Below are positions 60,778 through 64,000 of a stretch of 64,000 bases of DNA, piece after piece. Both the position numbers and the translations under genes were made by a program. The notes below the pieces were generated by a model. It was not told the origin of the DNA and searched no databases. It worked only from the letters and a program-made list of their open reading frames with translations. This DNA comes from Vairimorpha necatrix (Eukaryota): contig CP142729.1 of the NCBI GenBank assembly GCA_036630325.1, forward strand, positions 1,054,001-1,118,000. The letters are read 5' to 3'. How positions within the stretch are numbered: position 1 is the stretch's first letter; each line of letters opens with the position of its first letter.

Positions 60778-61968
60778 TTACATTTTTTTAATAAGCTCAA
60801 CACGTCTCTTTAAACAAGGATGCGTAAAGTACATGAAATTAAATAATAAAGACGAATCAAAATTCGCCTTATTTTCTACTGTGAATTTTATAAGAGCGCT
60901 TATAAGATGTTTTCTATCAAAGTTTTTCACACTAAATAGGTCTGCCTTACTTTCATCAATAAATGAATAAATATTATTAATCATATTTATAAATGGACTA
61001 ATCGAAATGCAAAGAATTACATACAAACATATAATATTCTTAATTTCTATATCTCTATCCTCATCTATATTAGATGTATTATCTTGCTTTAATAAACTTC
61101 TATTCTTATAAATCATAAAGAATTCGATTACATACATAAATATATCTAAAGCTTTAGAAATTAACATCCTGCTCAATAAACTTTTGTTTACTACATGACC
61201 TATTTCATGATACAACACGCTTGTAAATTCGTCATCTGTAAATATTTCCCATATATTACCAAATATAAATATAGATACATTTTTCATAGCTTCGATAACT
61301 CCTACATTGTAAACATCAGATTCTATATTGAATGTAACAACTTCATAACCATTTTTTATCAAGTATCGCATTATTTCTTTCGGCAACTTATCATTTTCAA
61401 TAATTTGTGATTTACTTTTTTTATGAGCTAAAAACTTGTATAAAGCAGCTGCGATAGTAGAAATAGCAGACCAAAAAAATATTTTAGTATATTTGTGTCT
61501 ATTATATAATTTATATAGAATTTTATACATGAGATAAGGAGCTATTACATATAAAATGGGATTGAATGTATCAAGATTAATAGATATTAAATACAAATAT
61601 ACTGATAATAAAGCTCTATTAGATTTGATAAATCGTGATATTCTTTCCCATCTATCATTATATGATGACTGTACACTTTCATTAAGATTTTGCAAATCTA
61701 ATATAACTGAATCTTCAGATATATTTGGATCTTTAACGTGTTCATCTTTAGATTTTAAGTTTACAATAAACATAATCAAATAAAACGACAATAGTTTTAG
61801 CATTTTACAAATGACAAATTTAATGTATTGTAGCTTATTATATGATAAATCATAAGGTATAAGATACTTAGGTATAGATGTGAAAAATATACGAACGAGT
61901 TCATATGAGACTATAGAAAAATGAATGGTCAGGCAAGAATATACGAAATATTTTAAAAGCTTATTCAT
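60778..61968 (-). CDS. Peptidase M48 (Ste24/CAAX prenyl protease-like) membrane metalloprotease
   Basis: Several hydrophobic segments, HEIGH, ESKAD, C-terminal THP..RR. Confidence 0.85.
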   Translation of the reverse strand: MNKLLKYFVYSCLTIHFSIVSYELVRIFFTSIPKYLIPYDLSYNKLQYIKFVICKMLKLLSFYLIMFIVNLKSKDEHVKDPNISEDSVILDLQNLNESVQSSYNDRWERISRFIKSNRALLSVYLYLISINLDTFNPILYVIAPYLMYKILYKLYNRHKYTKIFFWSAISTIAAALYKFLAHKKSKSQIIENDKLPKEIMRYLIKNGYEVVTFNIESDVYNVGVIEAMKNVSIFIFGNIWEIFTDDEFTSVLYHEIGHVVNKSLLSRMLISKALDIFMYVIEFFMIYKNRSLLKQDNTSNIDEDRDIEIKNIICLYVILCISISPFINMINNIYSFIDESKADLFSVKNFDRKHLISALIKFTVENKANFDSSLLFNFMYFTHPCLKRRVELIKKM

Positions 61969-63204
61969 TTGTTTATATTGTCTATTATTTTTTATTGGAT
62001 TTGTTTGTTTATAAACAAAATTATATATGAAAAAAAATAAAATGCAGGAAATATAATTTGATTATTATTGTTGAGATGCATACTTTGCTGGATATTATGT
62101 AATGATTCTTTATTTTGTCCATATATGGTCTAAAGTTTCTACACATACCACGCGATTTGTGTTGTTTGTAAATGATTTTTTGATATTGACAGATTTGTAT
62201 TGCTTTTATATTTTTTTTGCTCTATATGACTTTTAATCTCATTTTTTTTCTTGATCTCTCTTTTTTTAGTTATTATTTGTTTTTTATCAATTATTGTTAA
62301 AATTCTCTATTTATTATATATATATACTTTTCACAAAATGTAAAAAAATAAATGTTTCCATATGCTTATTTTCATACTTCGTATAGTTAAAAAAATCTAA
62401 TTTTATTTTTTTACTTTGATTTTGTCTTAATATTCTTCTACTATTGTTTATATAAGGCATTTTTATGATATTAGATTTGTTTGTTGCTCATATTAAATTT
62501 TTTTAGTACTTTTTTTTAACATTGTAAGGTTTTTTTATTTTACTCCAAGAATATGTTGCAATCTCATATTTACATGTCAGAAAATTCTCAGTCCGCTTAT
62601 AATTATTTTTTTTAACAATGATGTTTTTTTTTATCACGTGAATACAATAAACATTTTCTATGGGTTCTTGAATATATGGCAGTATCAAGACCATTTTTAT
62701 GCAGTGCGATTTATTCATTTTAAATTTCTTATCTGTTTTTATTTAGTTTTAAGCTTCAATATATATTTTTTATATTACTTTTTATAGTTTGCAAATTTAA
62801 TTCTAGTATAAATGTATTAGTCGCAATAAAAAATTTGTTTTTTATAAGATATATTGTAGTTCGACACTATATTCTTTTATAGGTCGAATTTAGTAAAGCG
62901 TTATTTTTTAAATTTTTATTGTACAAGCTAATTAAACATGTTTACTTTATTAATAATTGTAATTAAGATTCCGTAGGTATATTTTTTTATATGATCTTAT
63001 ATTAGTCCCAGTGTAATGATTTATTTTTCTAGTAAATATTAAACACAAAATGTATAAAATATTAATTATATTTCCTTAAGCTTTATTAAATACAGGTCTT
63101 AGTTAATATTTAAGTCTTTTTTGTATTTATAACTTTCTTATTATATGTATTTTAACTTTCTTATGTTTTATATATTTATCTCATATAAAATATACTTTCT
63201 AGTA

Positions 63205-64000
63205 TTATGACTCTTTATCTTGAAATATCTCCATGAAGTTATATCCACTATAAAATTCCCCTGGTATTCCCAGTTCCATTTTATATTTCATCTTATCATC
63301 ATATTCTTTTATACTCATATTATAGTTCCATTTCTCTACTGTATAAATATACCCTTCTTCTTTTATATATTTAATATTCCCTTTATTTATATTTATTTCT
63401 TCTGTTACTTTTATTATTAGTGGATCTTGTATTTTATATTTCTCTACTAGTGAGTTTATAATACTTTCTATATTTGTATTTATTATTATTCCTAGTATTT
63501 TATTAGAGATGAAGTCTACTGAGTGGACTTGTACATCTGAAGAGAATTGGGGGAGAAAACACATGGAGATGACGTCAGTGTCTTTTATAAGGAGAGTGAA
63601 AGAAATAGTATTTATATCTGTACATCTCTTGAATATCTTAATAAGATTACGGGGGATTTTTATATACTCATCTGGAATAATGTTATTATTATCTTCATTA
63701 TTATATGTATACTTTGTTTGTTTCTCAATAGTACTTACTTCTTTATTATATTTCTTATTACATATTTCTTCTTCTGTATTATCTTTATTATTATATTTCT
63801 TATTTGTACATATTTCACTTAGATCTCTAGTACATATTTCTTCTTTAATAGTATATTTCTTTTGTAGTAGGTAGTCACTCATTATTAAATATTTCTCTTC
63901 CCATGTATTTCTTCTATATCTTATTTCTTCTCTATTATCACTAAACCCGAATATTATATCTCTTATATCTGTACTCAGTAGTGTATATTTATTTATACAT
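63205..64000 (-). CDS. PRP8: PRP8 spliceosomal protein, C-terminal part (gene continues beyond the window)
   Basis: Frame is open to the window edge: TLLSTDIRDIIFG, YIKIPRNLIKIF..TD, FLPQ, KWNYNM....DDKMKYKMELGIPGEFY match Prp8 Jab1/MPN and C-terminal motifs. Confidence 0.75.
   Translation of the reverse strand, partial: CINKYTLLSTDIRDIIFGFSDNREEIRYRRNTWEEKYLIMSDYLLQKKYTIKEEICTRDLSEICTNKKYNNKDNTEEEICNKKYNKEVSTIEKQTKYTYNNEDNNNIIPDEYIKIPRNLIKIFKRCTDINTISFTLLIKDTDVISMCFLPQFSSDVQVHSVDFISNKILGIIINTNIESIINSLVEKYKIQDPLIIKVTEEININKGNIKYIKEEGYIYTVEKWNYNMSIKEYDDKMKYKMELGIPGEFYSGYNFMEIFQDKES

Noticed and set aside
62503-62718. 71-aa ORF, and other short AT-rich ORFs at 57857 and 58640
   Set aside because: No motif and no clear CCC/GGG start context; consistent with chance ORFs.

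Overview
AT-rich eukaryotic DNA, most consistent with a microsporidian (Nosema/Vairimorpha-like). This is inferred from intron-less compact genes, CCC/GGG motifs just upstream of start codons, a TK1-type thymidine kinase and a divergent PRP8. The first ~55 kb is almost entirely transposons: eight Ty3/Gypsy LTR elements (two apparently intact, with identical LTRs and 5-bp TSDs), a near-intact Helitron, a MULE with tandem-repeat TIRs, a hAT, four Merlin elements, an RLE-type LINE remnant, four copies of a tRNA-headed SINE, and an Ssn6-like TPR pseudogene. The last ~9 kb holds host genes: transketolase, thymidine kinase-like, M48 peptidase and the PRP8 3' end. Three things stand out. (1) The LTRs are ultra-short (38-160 bp) and most contain the host-type CCC/GGG motif plus the gag start codon, so the ORF reads through the LTR end and primer-binding site. 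(2) A ~3.2-kb Gypsy lineage, present as four diverged copies, has no recognisable aspartic protease. (3) The SINE is GC-rich and has an almost perfect tRNA cloverleaf head. All calls were made by eye; no database searches were run.
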